Shown here one piece after another: positions 39,019-51,780 of a stretch of 64,000 nt of DNA. The notes under the pieces are model-generated. The model searched no databases, was not told the DNA's origin, and saw nothing but the letters and a program-made list of their open reading frames with translations. The stretch covers positions 97,030,001-97,094,000 of the forward strand of contig OX597822.1 in assembly GCA_951406725.2 (NCBI GenBank), given 5' to 3'. This DNA is from Octopus vulgaris (lineage: Eukaryota). A program made the translations under genes and the position numbers. Within the stretch, counting starts at the first letter, position 1. The number at the start of each line of letters is the position of its first letter.

Positions 39019-39757
39019 GTAAGTATTATTTGCATGCCTTTGATTCTTCGTTGGTTGAAATGTGTTGCTTTAGTGTATTTTTTGTCTGGTATTGATAAAG
39101 CTGAGCTGAACTCAGAACTTGTTAATTCTTGGTCAAATAACATCATAATTTTTAATGTTATTTCATTGACATCATCTTACTGAATTACATAAATGGTCGT
39201 TTTATTCTGTCTAATATATGAATCTTTCCTACATAAAGTAAATATCACTTCGTAAATCTTTAAAATATTTTGTAATTAGTTTCATTCAAAAACAATTGTC
39301 TGAAATCAAAATTAAGGCATCTTTAATGAGATGCATTTTAACTTTTCTCTTTGATCCTTTTTTCCCTTTTTTTTTTTTTTTTTGTTCCAGTTTATGACTT
39401 AACCCTTTAGCATTTAAAGCAACCATATCCAACCCAAATATTCTATGTTCAAACAAACCAGATCTCACACATACTCTGCAATATCATTTTAAGCCTAAAC
39501 AATCCCATGATGGAAATCTCAAGGCTACAAGATAATGCAGGATTAATTAAAAACAAATCTAAATGAATAAACATTGCATTTGACAGAATAATCCGAATGC
39601 TAAAGGGTTAAAAATATATAGTATGCGTTTTTATTAGCTGTGTGTGTATGTTTTAGTCTGTGTATTATGTGCCTGTTTATGCATAACTTATAATAAATGT
39701 ATCACACTTTGTTGTCTTCATATCAATTATATCTTCTTTTTTTTTTTGATATTGCAG

Positions 39758-39921
39758 AAGATTTACTCATCCAGCCCTTAAACTCTCCTGGGGGTTCAAG
39801 CACCAGTTCCCGCGATGGCTCTCCGTCCAGAGATATCTCGCCACTTACCAGGAACTTAAAGCCGCCACTAGTCATCAAGAAAGGTCCTCAAGGGTTTGGA
39901 TTCCGTATCCAAGCCATCCGG
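39758..39921 (+). CDS. MAST: 5' half of MAST PDZ exon (EDLLIQPLNSPGGSSTSSRDGSPSRD...PPLVIKKGPQGFGFRIQAIR), fused to a LINE fragment
   Basis: attgcag acceptor; SSRD.SP.RD and GFGF PDZ carboxylate-binding loop; continues into CR1 sequence 39920-40013. Confidence 0.92.
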
Positions 39922-40351
39922 GAGCTGATGCTGTCTTCTGACTTTGTAAATATGTCCACGGGTGTTAGACGGGTGGAGTTTGAAAAGGTGCTCAGATGCT
40001 TTAGGAACATCAGAATAGATTTATCTTTTTACTTCGTGAAATGATTTGATGTTAATTCAATCAACTCTACCAAGATTATTGTCTGTAGCCATTGTAAATA
40101 TGCATACTTGGACATTTTTGAGATTAAAGTGAATGTGGTTTCACCGCACAGCTATATAAGTAATTAAAAGCTGTGTAATTAGAGATTTATTTTTCTAGTT
40201 TTGTGATTCATTTCAAAATGCTGTGTTTTCCAGCAACCCTGTTTTGTAATCCTGCTTTATCCCAATTCCATCAGCACCATCAACATGATAACAATACTTC
40301 TACATGTAAAAGGCCGAGTCACATGTCATATTTTTATTTGCTGGTTTCTGT

Positions 40352-40743
40352 GATAATAATAATAATAATAATGAAATTATTGTATACAGTGCTCAGGTGC
40401 ACCACAACTTGTCAGAAAATGCATATAAAGTACATGCAGTAATGTGAAAATGTCTGGAAAGCGAACAATGTATGAGTCAGATACATGCCTGTGTGTGTAT
40501 GGAGGGGAGAAAATCAGGTGTAGTGTTGGCGAATCTCAGAAAGCATGGAAGTTTTGAAGGATGCAGTGCTCTGACAACTAACAACTGATGCCGGCAGTTT
40601 GTTCCATGCTTCAGCAACTCTCAGCGTGAAAAAATGTTTCCTGAAGTCATGGGAGCTGTGCTGTCTTCTGACTTTGTAAATATGTCCACGGGTGTTAGAC
40701 GGGTGGAGTTTGAAAAGGTGCTCAGATGCTTTAGGAACATCAG
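40352..40743 (-). mobile_element. CR1-type LINE 3' fragment
   Basis: HLFKLHPSNTRGHIYKVRRQHSSHDFRKHFFTLRVAEAWNKLP; (ATT)n tail; 40651-40743 duplicated at 39920-40013. Confidence 0.85.
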
Positions 40744-42051
40744 TTAAAGGATGAAGTGTTCTACTGAGCAAAAGGAGGAGAGAGAGAGAATTAAAACACA
40801 GGGTTGAAAAAGGATGTGAGCGCTAAGTGTTGTTAAATAAAATGCTGAAATGGGAAACTTTTGTACTTCTAAACATTTGTGATTCATTTCAAATGCTGTG
40901 TTCTCCAGCAACCATGTTTTGTGCTTGGCTCTTCTCTACCCATACACATCTCACCCTCAACTGGAAGCTGCATCCACCTATAAGACTCTTGTCTTATTTT
41001 GTTTCTTTTAAGCATTGTGTGTTGATGCGAGACTTGACACCACTCAGTCTGTTATATTATATTGACAGCTAAGTTGCTTAACTCTTTAGCATTTAAACAT
41101 GCCAAATCCGGCCCTAATATTGTACCTGCCTTATGTTGAAACTAGTCAAATCCAGATTCTCACACTGACCTGGTTAATTGAAAACAATGTGAATAGATGA
41201 ACATTACATTTGACCGAGTAATCTGAATGCTAAAGGTTTAAGTAGGAAATGCTTTCACTTACCTGAATACTCTTATGTAGTTAAGTATGTCTCTTAAGTA
41301 TGTAAAAGCCTACCAACAACAGATTTCAGCTTTTAACTCTACCCAAATGGTGATATTTCAGTGCTTTGTTAATATAACATATTTCTGTACTTCTATGTTC
41401 ATTTTCACTTCCCTTCTCTCTCTTTCTTGTAGTAACTATTTCCCTCTATTTGATACTCGTATTCCTCATACGGCACAGCTGGGGGAGTTCACATTTCTGT
41501 TAGTCTAAACTGTTTTCGGAACCTTTCTCTTATTTTTTTTATTTCTTGGTATATTGTTTCAAAAACCACAAATTCTCTACAGATCTTCATTCTTTCTTTA
41601 CTGATCCAAGATATGTGTAGTGCATGTTCTAATCTGGCAGCCAGAGTTCAACTGTATTATGTACTTTGACCTATGAAATCGTTTTTTTTCTATCTCTGGC
41701 GAGTTAACTCGTCAAAAGATAAACTTGCCAAAATCGACAGCAAACGAGTTCCTTCGTCTATTATAAACTCTTTTTTGACATAGAAGGATCACTTGAGGGA
41801 TCCGAGATATAAGCGGTAATTTAAAATCAATATTATTGAATTAAAATTCATAATAAATAAGGTTTGAAATTTACCTCGAAATCACCATTCAAAACATAGT
41901 AAAATAAAACAATTAAAAAATATGTCTGAAAAAATACATTTATTTTCAAAATAATTGTTGGGTAAGGGGTTAAGCTCTTACAGTTGTATATATTTTTGCT
42001 AAACATTTCAATCTTTAAATAAATGTAATATTTTGATCCTTTCTGTTGCAG

Positions 42052-43002
42052 GCGGTTGAGACAAGTGGTCCTGCTTTTGAAGCTGGTTTACGTCCTGGTT
42101 GTCTGATAACTCATATCAATGATGAATGTATCCAAAGTCTATTGCACACCCAGGTTGTGCAGCTCATTCTCAGTGGTGGGAATGTCCTGCAGATCCGGTC
42201 TGTGCCGTTGGAAAACACAACCATTAAAACTGGAACGCGAAGGCATCGAAGCAATCCTGGGAAAATGGCACGTCGTATTTGTCACAAGAAACGAGAGAAA
42301 AGTGGTGAGAAGAAGAAAGGACGGTCATTGTTCCGAAAATTGAGTAAGAAGGCTGAGCAACATATACACCCTGGCTCACCAATGAGCGCCAACAGAACAT
42401 TCAGTCCTCTCAGCAAGTCTCTGTCTTCAGCTGAAAGTTCACCAAACTTGCCGAGGTCTGCTCGTTCTCTACCAATCAATATGCCATGGTCAACACCAGA
42501 GTCCGCTGCTGGAAGTTCTTCTACCAGTAGCTCACCCAGCTCTAGCGGGCCAAGTTCCCCAGCCACTTCCTCCCACTATGGCCGGCCTAGCTCCTTGCAT
42601 GGCCTGAAACACCACAAACGTGCTCAGAGTATGAAATCCCCCCATCGGCGTAAATCTGTGCACAACATTCCCCTCTCACCTTTAGCAAGGACTCCTTCCC
42701 CATCTCCAATGGCAACATCTCCAACACGGAGCCCCAGCCCACTTGCTTTCACGCAGGGACATCATGCTGGCAGTTCTAACACAGTACAGCACACATACCC
42801 AGCTCAACTTACTGCTTCCGGTTCTCCTGTACCCCACACAGCCTCACGCAGATCTTTCACAAGGCCCAAAAGCTGTGAGCCTGGGTCACCTCTGTTGCGA
42901 TGTACACTATCTCCAGAACGACTGCATCCCAACACAGCAGAGAAGACTCATCTCAGGAAAAGTCCTTGGCAGGAGAAACAGTCAGTCAGTGAATCTTTGT
43001 GA
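42052..43002 (+). CDS. MAST: MAST terminal coding exon: PDZ C-half + Ser/Pro-rich tail (AVETSGPAFEAGLRPG...RPSSLHGL...RRKSVHNIPLSPLARTPSP...RPKSCEPGSPLL...SESL*)
   Basis: ttgcag acceptor; 317 codons including TGA; conserved MAST motifs. Confidence 0.96.
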   Translation, partial: AVETSGPAFEAGLRPGCLITHINDECIQSLLHTQVVQLILSGGNVLQIRSVPLENTTIKTGTRRHRSNPGKMARRICHKKREKSGEKKKGRSLFRKLSKKAEQHIHPGSPMSANRTFSPLSKSLSSAESSPNLPRSARSLPINMPWSTPESAAGSSSTSSSPSSSGPSSPATSSHYGRPSSLHGLKHHKRAQSMKSPHRRKSVHNIPLSPLARTPSPSPMATSPTRSPSPLAFTQGHHAGSSNTVQHTYPAQLTASGSPVPHTASRRSFTRPKSCEPGSPLLRCTLSPERLHPNTAEKTHLRKSPWQEKQSVSESL

Positions 43003-45827
43003 GAATGGAGGATTAATTCACTGCTGCTTCCCCTTGCACCGTTCACATGTAAGTGAAAACTTGCTCCCATCATAGCATGATGCTGTTGTTTGAAGGGATG
43101 TATATAGTAATTTAGAAAGTTTTCTCGACTCAAGAATCAAAGATTTAAAAAGGAGAAAGACTAACACAACCACAAAGCTTTAAATATGAATTGAAGAAAA
43201 ATATATAAATTATATAAACTGATGATAACATTTTCCAAACCCTCACCCCATCCTAAACAAGAAATGTGATTAAAAAAATGTCCCACTCCTCACTAAAAAC
43301 AGAGCTCAAAAAAAAAAAACAAAAAAACGATTTATTGGAAATTACAATACCCACAATGAATAGCGTTTCAACTCCACTAAAATATTATAAAAGGAATAAG
43401 TTGAAGAAGAAAAAAAACAAAAAACAAAAGACAAAATTATTTCTCATGAGACCAACTTTGACTTTTTAATATTATCCTTCAGTATTTGAGTTGTATTTAA
43501 ATTTTTTTTTTTTTTTTCCAATTATTCTCTTCTCTGACTCTAAATAATGTTTTTCTTCTGTTATTCTCATTAACAATTTTTTTTTTTTCTTCAAAATTTT
43601 AACACCCTCTCCAATACCACCATATTTTGTGTTTCATTCAGTGATTATTTATTTTTTATTTCCCTCCTTTTTTTTTTTTTTTTGTTATTCTCTGACCAAC
43701 TATTTTCTAACATCTCCCCCCCTGCTACATGCAACACCAAAACAACTCACCCCCTACCACCACCACCACTTCCACCAAGCATAACATTTCATATTTGGTT
43801 AACTTCAGCTGTTGTCTGTCCATTCTGTCAAGTGGTTGTGATATTTTGCTAGCGATAGATCCCACACATACATGATGTACAGAGTGCAGTTTTGAAAACG
43901 CCAACTTGCCCTAATCTTTCATGTCAGTATTTCTGTCGATTTGTGTTACATTTTACCTGTAAGATTGTGCATTTAAACTGTTTTCTTTTCTAATTTCTTT
44001 CCCCTCTTCTTTCTTGTCAAACTTAATGAAATTCTACAGCCACAGTGAATTATAAATATCAATTAATCTCAGTACTAACTCAACTTATGCCCAGATATCT
44101 GGTTTTATTCTGCATCAGCCATTGACTCACTATTTTGGTCAATGAAATTTGTGCTGTTGTCTCTCTTATTTTATTTTTTTTTTTTTTCAATTTATATTTT
44201 TCCCCACGGGGCTTTTGTTGAGAAATTATCATTGTTGGGTCAATTATTTCAGTGTCTATCATCAGTCAGTAATCTCAGAAATATTTCTGTCTGAGATATA
44301 AAAAAAAAACAGAAATGATCTAGAACTTTCCTATGATTAGTAGGACAATGTGTTTGGCAGAAAGATACCTATTCTAGTTTTTGGAATGAAGAATTTCATG
44401 ACAACTGCCATCGCTTGTATCAAATAGTTGTTTTTTTTCTTTTCTTTTTCTACACAGAAATATTTAATTCCATCTTAGAAAATGCTGTGTCTGGTATATT
44501 TATAAAACAGTAAAACTTGGCATATTTTCTCTAAAATTTCCATAGCCTAGGACCGTGGTACCGAGTGTATTTTTATTGTCTTTTAACACTTATCAACTGT
44601 TTGACATCTCTCCGTGTGTGTCTGTTGTGTAAATTGTAGCCGCTTTGAGATAGTACTTTAACTGAGAGACATGTTCGACACAGCAATGTGTTAGTTGAAG
44701 TTGGTCAAATTGCTTCCTTGCAAGTCTGCAACCGTAACAATACTAGTCTACCTAGAAAGGCAATCCCTGTGATATATATATATATATGAAAAAAAAACAA
44801 AACAAAAACAAAAAAAAGATTTAAAAAAAGCGAAAAATGTAAAAAGAAAAAAAGAAAGATTAAAAAAAAGTGACTTAGAGTCGTCTTCTTTAAACTTTTT
44901 TCTTCTTTCCTTTCATTGACAAAACTGGTGTTTTATCAGTTCCTATGGAAATTCTTTCTAATTTTAAATCTTTTAATTTTTGGCCCTTGTTGCCTCCCGT
45001 TTCCTTTCACTTTCCCCAAACCCATATCTCTTCTTGTCATTGTATATACAACATTTTTCACCCCCCCTACAAACACCACATATGCTTATTCTTCTTTATC
45101 CATCCCTCACTTTCCAACTTTTGACTTGATTGAAGGTCAACTTTTTTTAAGGCTGTGTGCTTTGTCTAGTCCCCCCACCCCCAATTTATATTTCTTGGTG
45201 ACAAACAAAGGTGAATGATATGGGATTTTTTTGTTTGTTTGTTTGTTTTGTTTTTTTTTTACCTTCCTTTAAATCAATTACATATTCATTCATTATAAAT
45301 TATATTCTCATTTAATGTTTTCTTTTCCAAAAAAAAAAAAGCAAGATAAAGTAAAATGTATTATATTGCTCTGATGGTTTGAAACTACACACTCATGCGT
45401 GCACGCACAAACATACACACAATTTAATCCGCCTAGTATGAAGATAACCAAACAAGTTACCGTTGTTAATGAAAGAATTTAAGCAGATGACAAACTAACA
45501 GCCAACATGGTGACTAAAACAGTACTGGTTTTGTTCCTTTTTCAATTTTCAATGTGATTTTGGATTCCTTTTTTTTTTTTTTTTTTTTTTAAAGTATCTG
45601 AATATGAAATGAGCAGTGAAACTACTTGAATTTGGAAATCTTTCATTCCCATGTTGACAAACCTACTTTTTTTTTTTTTTTTAGTTCATTTTATTTTATT
45701 TTATCTTGAACGACACCGCCCCAAACCTCTGCTCTAGCCTGCCATAACAATGATGCATTCATCACCAATTGAATTATGGTTTAAAAAAAAATTAAACAGC
45801 AGCCTACGTCAGATGTTTCTCATTTAT

Positions 45828-45866
<39 letters not shown>

Positions 45867-46751
45867 TATTGTTAGTGAGGAAAGATTTTTCATGGCAACT
45901 GGTCTCACCAAGTATTATGTCGTTATGTTTGTCCATAGAATTAATCTTGTCTTCTAAATATTGTAAGTCCTTCGTTAGTCTGACAAAGGCCACTTCATTC
46001 AGTCCATAACACCCAACGTATATTTACATACAGCTCTGGCTGTTATGACTCTTTTTATTATCTGTATTCCATGCTAGTTGTTTGTTTGATTCCTAATTGA
46101 AGACTCCGGGATGGGGGGAATAGAATGTTTCAATTGAGCCAGAGGGGTTAGGGAACGGGTGCGGTTAGAGGTGGGGGTAGCCATGGCAAAATTAATATTT
46201 AAGTATAAAGAATTTAAAAAAAGTTGGGGGAAAAAAATTATTCTGTGTATTTTGAGTGCTGAACAACTGAAAAAATTTCTACTAATCTAATGTTGGGACT
46301 TATCTTTTAAGTTACAATAAATACTAATGGGAAGAAAATACTTATATCTAACTTTATGGTACCCCATAATGTGTATCTTGTATCAACATTGATACATGTA
46401 CACACATAATGTATATTAAATAACTCTAAAATATGTACATACATGGTGTACAGCTTATATATATATATATACTTGATGCATGTACATAGATGTACATCTT
46501 ACAGAAATTTGGTTTATATATCATGGACTTTCTTTTTCCACTAATCTTAATGTATAATTTGTAAAAAAAAAAGTATATACCCATAACCAGCTTCTGTTAG
46601 GTTGTCCATGAACACATATGATATCGTAGTGGCTATTCAGGGTGGTTGCTTGTACTTGTGAAGTGTGTGTGTGTGTGTGTTTTTTTTTTATTATTATTAT
46701 TATTATTGTTATTCAGCTGTCATTTCTTCCTTTCTTTTGTCACCAGTATAT

Positions 46752-46793
<42 letters not shown>

Positions 46794-47050
46794 TATATAT
46801 CTATATTTTTTTCTACTTTTTCATTCCTTAACCTTCCCTCTCTCCCCCAACCCACCACCCCCCAGATTTCTTTCTTTGTTTACTTATTCAATTTGGAAAA
46901 CTAAATTAAGGAAAACAGCAAAGAAAAGAAAAAAAAATTGGTAGAGATTTATTATCTCACCCAAATTCCTTTCAGTATTCTTTATTTCTTTTTAAACTGA
47001 TAATTATTTATTATTTGTAAAAAGTATTATCATTATTATTATTAATAATA
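43003..47050 (+). other. Putative long AU-rich 3' UTR of MAST
   Basis: ~4 kb after the stop with no recognisable SINE/LINE/MITE, unlike the introns; U-tracts; AATAAA at ~46316; true end uncertain (another AATAAA at ~48013). Confidence 0.5.
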
Positions 47051-47540
47051 ATATTATTATTATTATCATTTTAATAAGGGTTGTGGATTGGCAGAATTAT
47101 TAGAGCATCAGACAAAAGATACCTTGCTGTTCCAGCTCTTTATATGTTATTCTGAGTTCAAACCTCACCCAGGTCGACTTTGCCTTTCATCTCTCCAGAG
47201 ATTGATAAAATAAGTACCAGTCAGTGAAGTACTGGGTGTCGTTGGTATCGACTTTGCCCCTTCCTCTCAAAATTACTGGCCCCTGTGCCTAAATCAGAAA
47301 CCATTATTACTATTAGTATTAGAACTGTGGATTGTCAGAATCATTAGAAAGTTGGCTAAAATATCTTGTATTTTTTTTCAAACTTCTTATGTTCTGGGTT
47401 CAAATCTCACCAGGGTCAACTTTACCTTTCATCCCTCCGGGGTCGCTAAAATAAAGTACCGGTCAAGCACCGGGGTTGATGGTATCGACTAACTCCCTCT
47501 CCTTAAAATTTCTGGCCTCTTACCTAAGAGACCATTATTA

Positions 47541-47577
<37 letters not shown>

Positions 47578-48852
47578 GTGAAGTCTGGTGTAGCAACAAG
47601 TTTTTGGCCAACCGAGTCAACAAGTGAATTTTGATTCCCCATTTGAAGAAACTGTCACCTATATTACACTAATGCCATTGAGAATGGCATTGGCTTCACA
47701 AAATCTCTTTCTAACCATTCTTTGAATGACAAATCTCAAATTTTAATTCTACGTAAGAAATTACAATTAGTATTGATATTTTTATTATTATTATTATTAA
47801 ATTATTCTTATTGTTGTTCTTCTTATTATTACCTGTTTTCCCACCCACCACGAGACAGAAGTAATGTAATATTGCCAAGTTCAGTTTGTAAAGTCTGTCA
47901 GCAGAAGACAGATATTAATCATTGCTTTAAGCCTTCTAAATTTCTGACTATTAAACACATCTGTGATGTTCTGATAGTTTGTCGTTCTATTTTAATCTAA
48001 TGTTCATATTTTAATAAACCATCCTTCTACATAATCGCTGTAGACAGGACAAACTGAATATTTGTGTCTTATCTGTTGTTATTATCATTATGCGCCCGGC
48101 GTGCTAACGTTTCTGCCAGTTCGCCGCCTTTATCACTGTTATATATGTAAATCATTTTCTGGAAATAGCACTTAAGCTTGTCACACACACATATTCACAC
48201 AGGTGAGAAGTCAGATTGTTGTGATACCTGTAGTAAAATTATTCACTAAAAATGTTCATTTAACTAATCACAATGGCACGTAAAAAGCACCAACTGATCG
48301 TGGCCGTTTGCCAGCCTCGTCTGGCACATAAAAAGCACCCACTACACTCTTGGAGTGGTTGGCGTTAGGAAGGGCATCCAGCTGTAGAAACACTGCCAGA
48401 TCAGACTGGGCCTGGCGCAGCCTTCTGGCTTCCCAGACCCCAGTTGAACCGTCCAACCCATGCTAGCATGGAAAACGGACTTTAAACGATGATGATGATG
48501 ATGATGATGATGATTAAGGTACCAAGGTGGCAGAATCATTAACATTCTGGGTAAAAAAAATTGGCAGCATTTCATTCATCTTTATGTTCTGAGTTCAAAT
48601 TCTGCTGAAGTCAATTTTACTTTTCATCCTTTTGAGGTTGATAAAATAAGTACCAGTTGAGTACAAGGGTTGACATAATCAACTTACTCCTTCCCCAAAA
48701 TTGCTGGCCTTGTGCTAAAATTTGAAATCATTATTATTATTATTATGGTTACAATACTTTGAAACTTAGAGCTCCATAAGTTTTAAGGGTTTTGTCAATT
48801 GTTTTGGCTGATAAAAGCCCATTGAGAAACAACAATGGTAACAACAGCAGCA

Positions 48853-49220
48853 GTGGAGGCGCAATGGCCCAATGGTTAGGGCAGCAGACTCGTGATCGGA
48901 GGATCGCGGTTTCGATTCCCAGACCAAGCGTTGTGTGTTTATTGAGCGAAAACACCTAAAGCTCCACGAGGCTCCGGCAGGGGGTGGTGGTGACCCCTGT
49001 TGTACTCTTTCTCTCACTCTTTCTTCCTGTTTCTTGTCCCCGACTTCCTACACAACCGCTGAGCCTGGATGCGCATTCATCCATCCGTCGATGCTCTCGG
49101 TGTCGGGGGTTGACCTGCTTTCTTTTCTGTGGGTCTTACGAATAGCAAAGGACCACGTTTCGGACTTCTCCCATCTTGCGAGCTCTGGGACGAAGACCGT
49201 TCGCTCAATAGCAACAACTG
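48853..49220 (+). mobile_element. tRNA-derived SINE sharing its head with family D but with a different body
   Basis: gtggaggcgcaatggcccaatggttagggcagcagactcg...ggtttcgattccc; gagcgaaaacacctaaagctccacg. Confidence 0.7.
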
Positions 49221-49659
49221 CAGCAAGAGTGAGAACAAAAACAAAAGAATGTTGTCATCAACAGCAAAAACAAGAACAAAAAATGTATGACACCTTTTGA
49301 GGGTAGTTAGCCAATGGACTGTACGTTCGGTGCAATATCTGAAAGGTAAGACCTTTCTAGTACAAAAATGATATTGTAAAACAAGGTGTTATGATGTTTA
49401 GAAAAGAGAAAAAGACTAACTCTGAATGAAAAACCATTATGTATAAATGCACTTCTCACAAGAGGCGGTAACTTAAATTTCCTACTTCTGCAGAAACTGG
49501 AAAATTCCTTCTAGATGTATGACCGTCAGTGATACACGTATACAAAGGAAAATTGTACAAGACTACTGTATTCTGGCAAGTGGGGAAGAGTTGATGAACT
49601 CCTGAAAACACCATCAGACAAAATGCTAATACAAACCAAAACACGCTTGTATCAATATA

Positions 49660-50062
49660 TAAAATTACTAACCATCTTACAAACAATAACTCTGAGCACC
49701 TTTTCAAACTTCACCCATCTAACACCCGTGGACATGTTTACAAAGTCAGAAAACAGCACAGCTCCCATGACTTTCGGAAACAGTTTTTTCACGTTAAGAG
49801 TTGCTGAAGTATGGAATAAACTGCCGGCATCAGTTGTTAGTTGTTGGAGCATGGCATCCTTCAAAACTTCCATGCTCCCTGAGATTCTCCAACGCTACAC
49901 CTGATTTGCTACCCGCCATACACACGCAACCATGTATCTGACTCCTACATTGTTCGCTTTCCAGACATTTGTACATTACTGCATATGCTTTATACGTACT
50001 TTTGACAAGTTGTGGTGCACCTGAGCACTGTATACAATAATTTCATTATTATTATTATTATT
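49660..50062 (+). mobile_element. CR1-type LINE 3' fragment
   Basis: FFTLRVAEVWNKLPASVVSC; 3' UTR and (ATT)n tail. Confidence 0.85.
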
Positions 50063-50571
50063 ATATGACAATATCAAATGGAAATTGTAGTTGTGATACC
50101 CGAGCCAGTGGCACGTAAAAAGCACCATCCGAACGTGGCCGATGCCAGCGTCACCCTGACTGGCTTCTGTGCCGGTGGCACGTTTAAAAAGCACCAACCA
50201 ATCGTGGCTGCTGCCAGCCTCCCTTGGCACCTGTGCTGGCGGCACGTAAAAAGCACCCACTACACTCACGGAGAGGTTGGCGTTAGGAAGGGCATCCAAC
50301 CGTAGAAACACTGCCAGATCAGACTGGAGCCTGGTGCAGCCTTCTGGCTTCCCAGACCCCAGTCAACCTGTCCAACCCATGCTAGCATAGAAAGCGAACG
50401 TTAAGCGATGATGATGATGATAAGCTCTCCAGTTTCTGCTTACCAAATTCACTCACAAGGCTTTGGTTGTATGAGACACTTTCCCAAGTGCTATTGCTGT
50501 ACAATTATTTTTAGGCTCTTTTTAATAATCCTTATCCCTGCATGTAATATGTTAGCATCAGTTAAAACATT

Positions 50572-51253
50572 GATTGATTGATTGATTGATTCTAGTTTCA
50601 GCTCATGAGCTGTGGCCATGCTGGGGCACCGCCATTTGGTGTTGCTACATGGTTTTACTTCACGAAAGCTTTTTAGCAACTGCCATTTGGTGCATGAGAG
50701 AATTCGATGCAGCTGCCCTCATCTGCACCTCCTGCTGTGAAGTTGGTTCATCTGGGATACCTGACAGGAAGAGATCCAGTTTCATTTTAAAGACATCTGC
50801 ATCCACCCCATGCAGGTCTCTTAGGTTCTTCGGGAGGATATTGAAGAGCTGTGGGCCTCGGAAGCCCAGGCTATCACAGTATCTTGTCCTACATCTTGAT
50901 GGCAAATTTGGAGTCCTAGGCACCACGCAGTGGCGCCCAGTTCTGGCATTTGTGTAACTCTCGATGCCAAAGTTTGGGACAAGTCCCTCCAGGATCTTCC
51001 AGATGTATATTATGGCATATCTTTCCCGCCTACGCTCCAAGGAATATAGTTTTAATCTCTTGAGTCTTTCCTAGTAGCTTATATTCTGCATAGAGGCTAT
51101 CTTCTTCGTGTAGCTACGTTGGATCGCCTCAAGTTCTGTGATCAACTTGACACTGGATGGTGACCATAACTGAGAGCAATAGTCAAAGTGGCTTAGGACA
51201 AGTGTCCTCCAGAGGACCATCATGGTTTCTTGTTCTCTTGTTCTAAAGGTTCT
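50572..51253 (-). mobile_element. 5'-truncated copy of the CR1-group LINE at 58397-61170
   Basis: ERRRERYAIIYIWKILEGLVPNFGIESYTN...GFRGPQLFNILPK; (ATCA)n tail. Confidence 0.9.
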
Positions 51254-51780
51254 ATATAGAGTCATCCATGTTTCCTTTGCCATATTATACTGGTGATTGT
51301 CATGAAAAGGGGCCTCAATGCTGTCTCCTTCCCATCACAGTTGGACCTTGTCCTCAACTGCAGTGATGGAAGATGTCCAGATAGTGTAAACTTTTTTCAC
51401 CGAGAGGGCTAAGTCTCTCATCTGATGGGTCATTATTGACAATACATGTTGCTCTCAGAGCAAAGTTTGTCACTTCAGCTGTCAGCCATAAACCCAGGTG
51501 CTGTTGTCTGCAACATAGAAGAGCAGTTGAATAAATGCCATTTATCATCTGACATCTTTTTTTTACACTGGTTGCGGGTAAACCCTCCAGCATCCTTGAT
51601 CCCATGACATAAAAAGAAGGGGACACAATGTATTCATCGCATTTTTGAAGACCACTTTTCTGTGTTTTTGCAAGAAAACTTACTAAAGCAGATGTTTCTA
51701 TAGTTGGATGTTTTTCTGCTACTAAGACTCGACTTCACAAGCGAGCTAATATTTCTGCTAGTGCTTCAAGCAACAAAGAG

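Noticed and set aside
39922-40044. ORF continuation ELMLSSDFVNMSTGVRR... as MAST coding sequence
   Set aside because: Antisense CR1 fragment duplicated from 40651-40743; the true continuation is at 38971-39018
51255-51780. Higher-complexity segment between LINE pieces with a 90-aa ORF
   Set aside because: No motif or splice structure I can recognise; needs a database search
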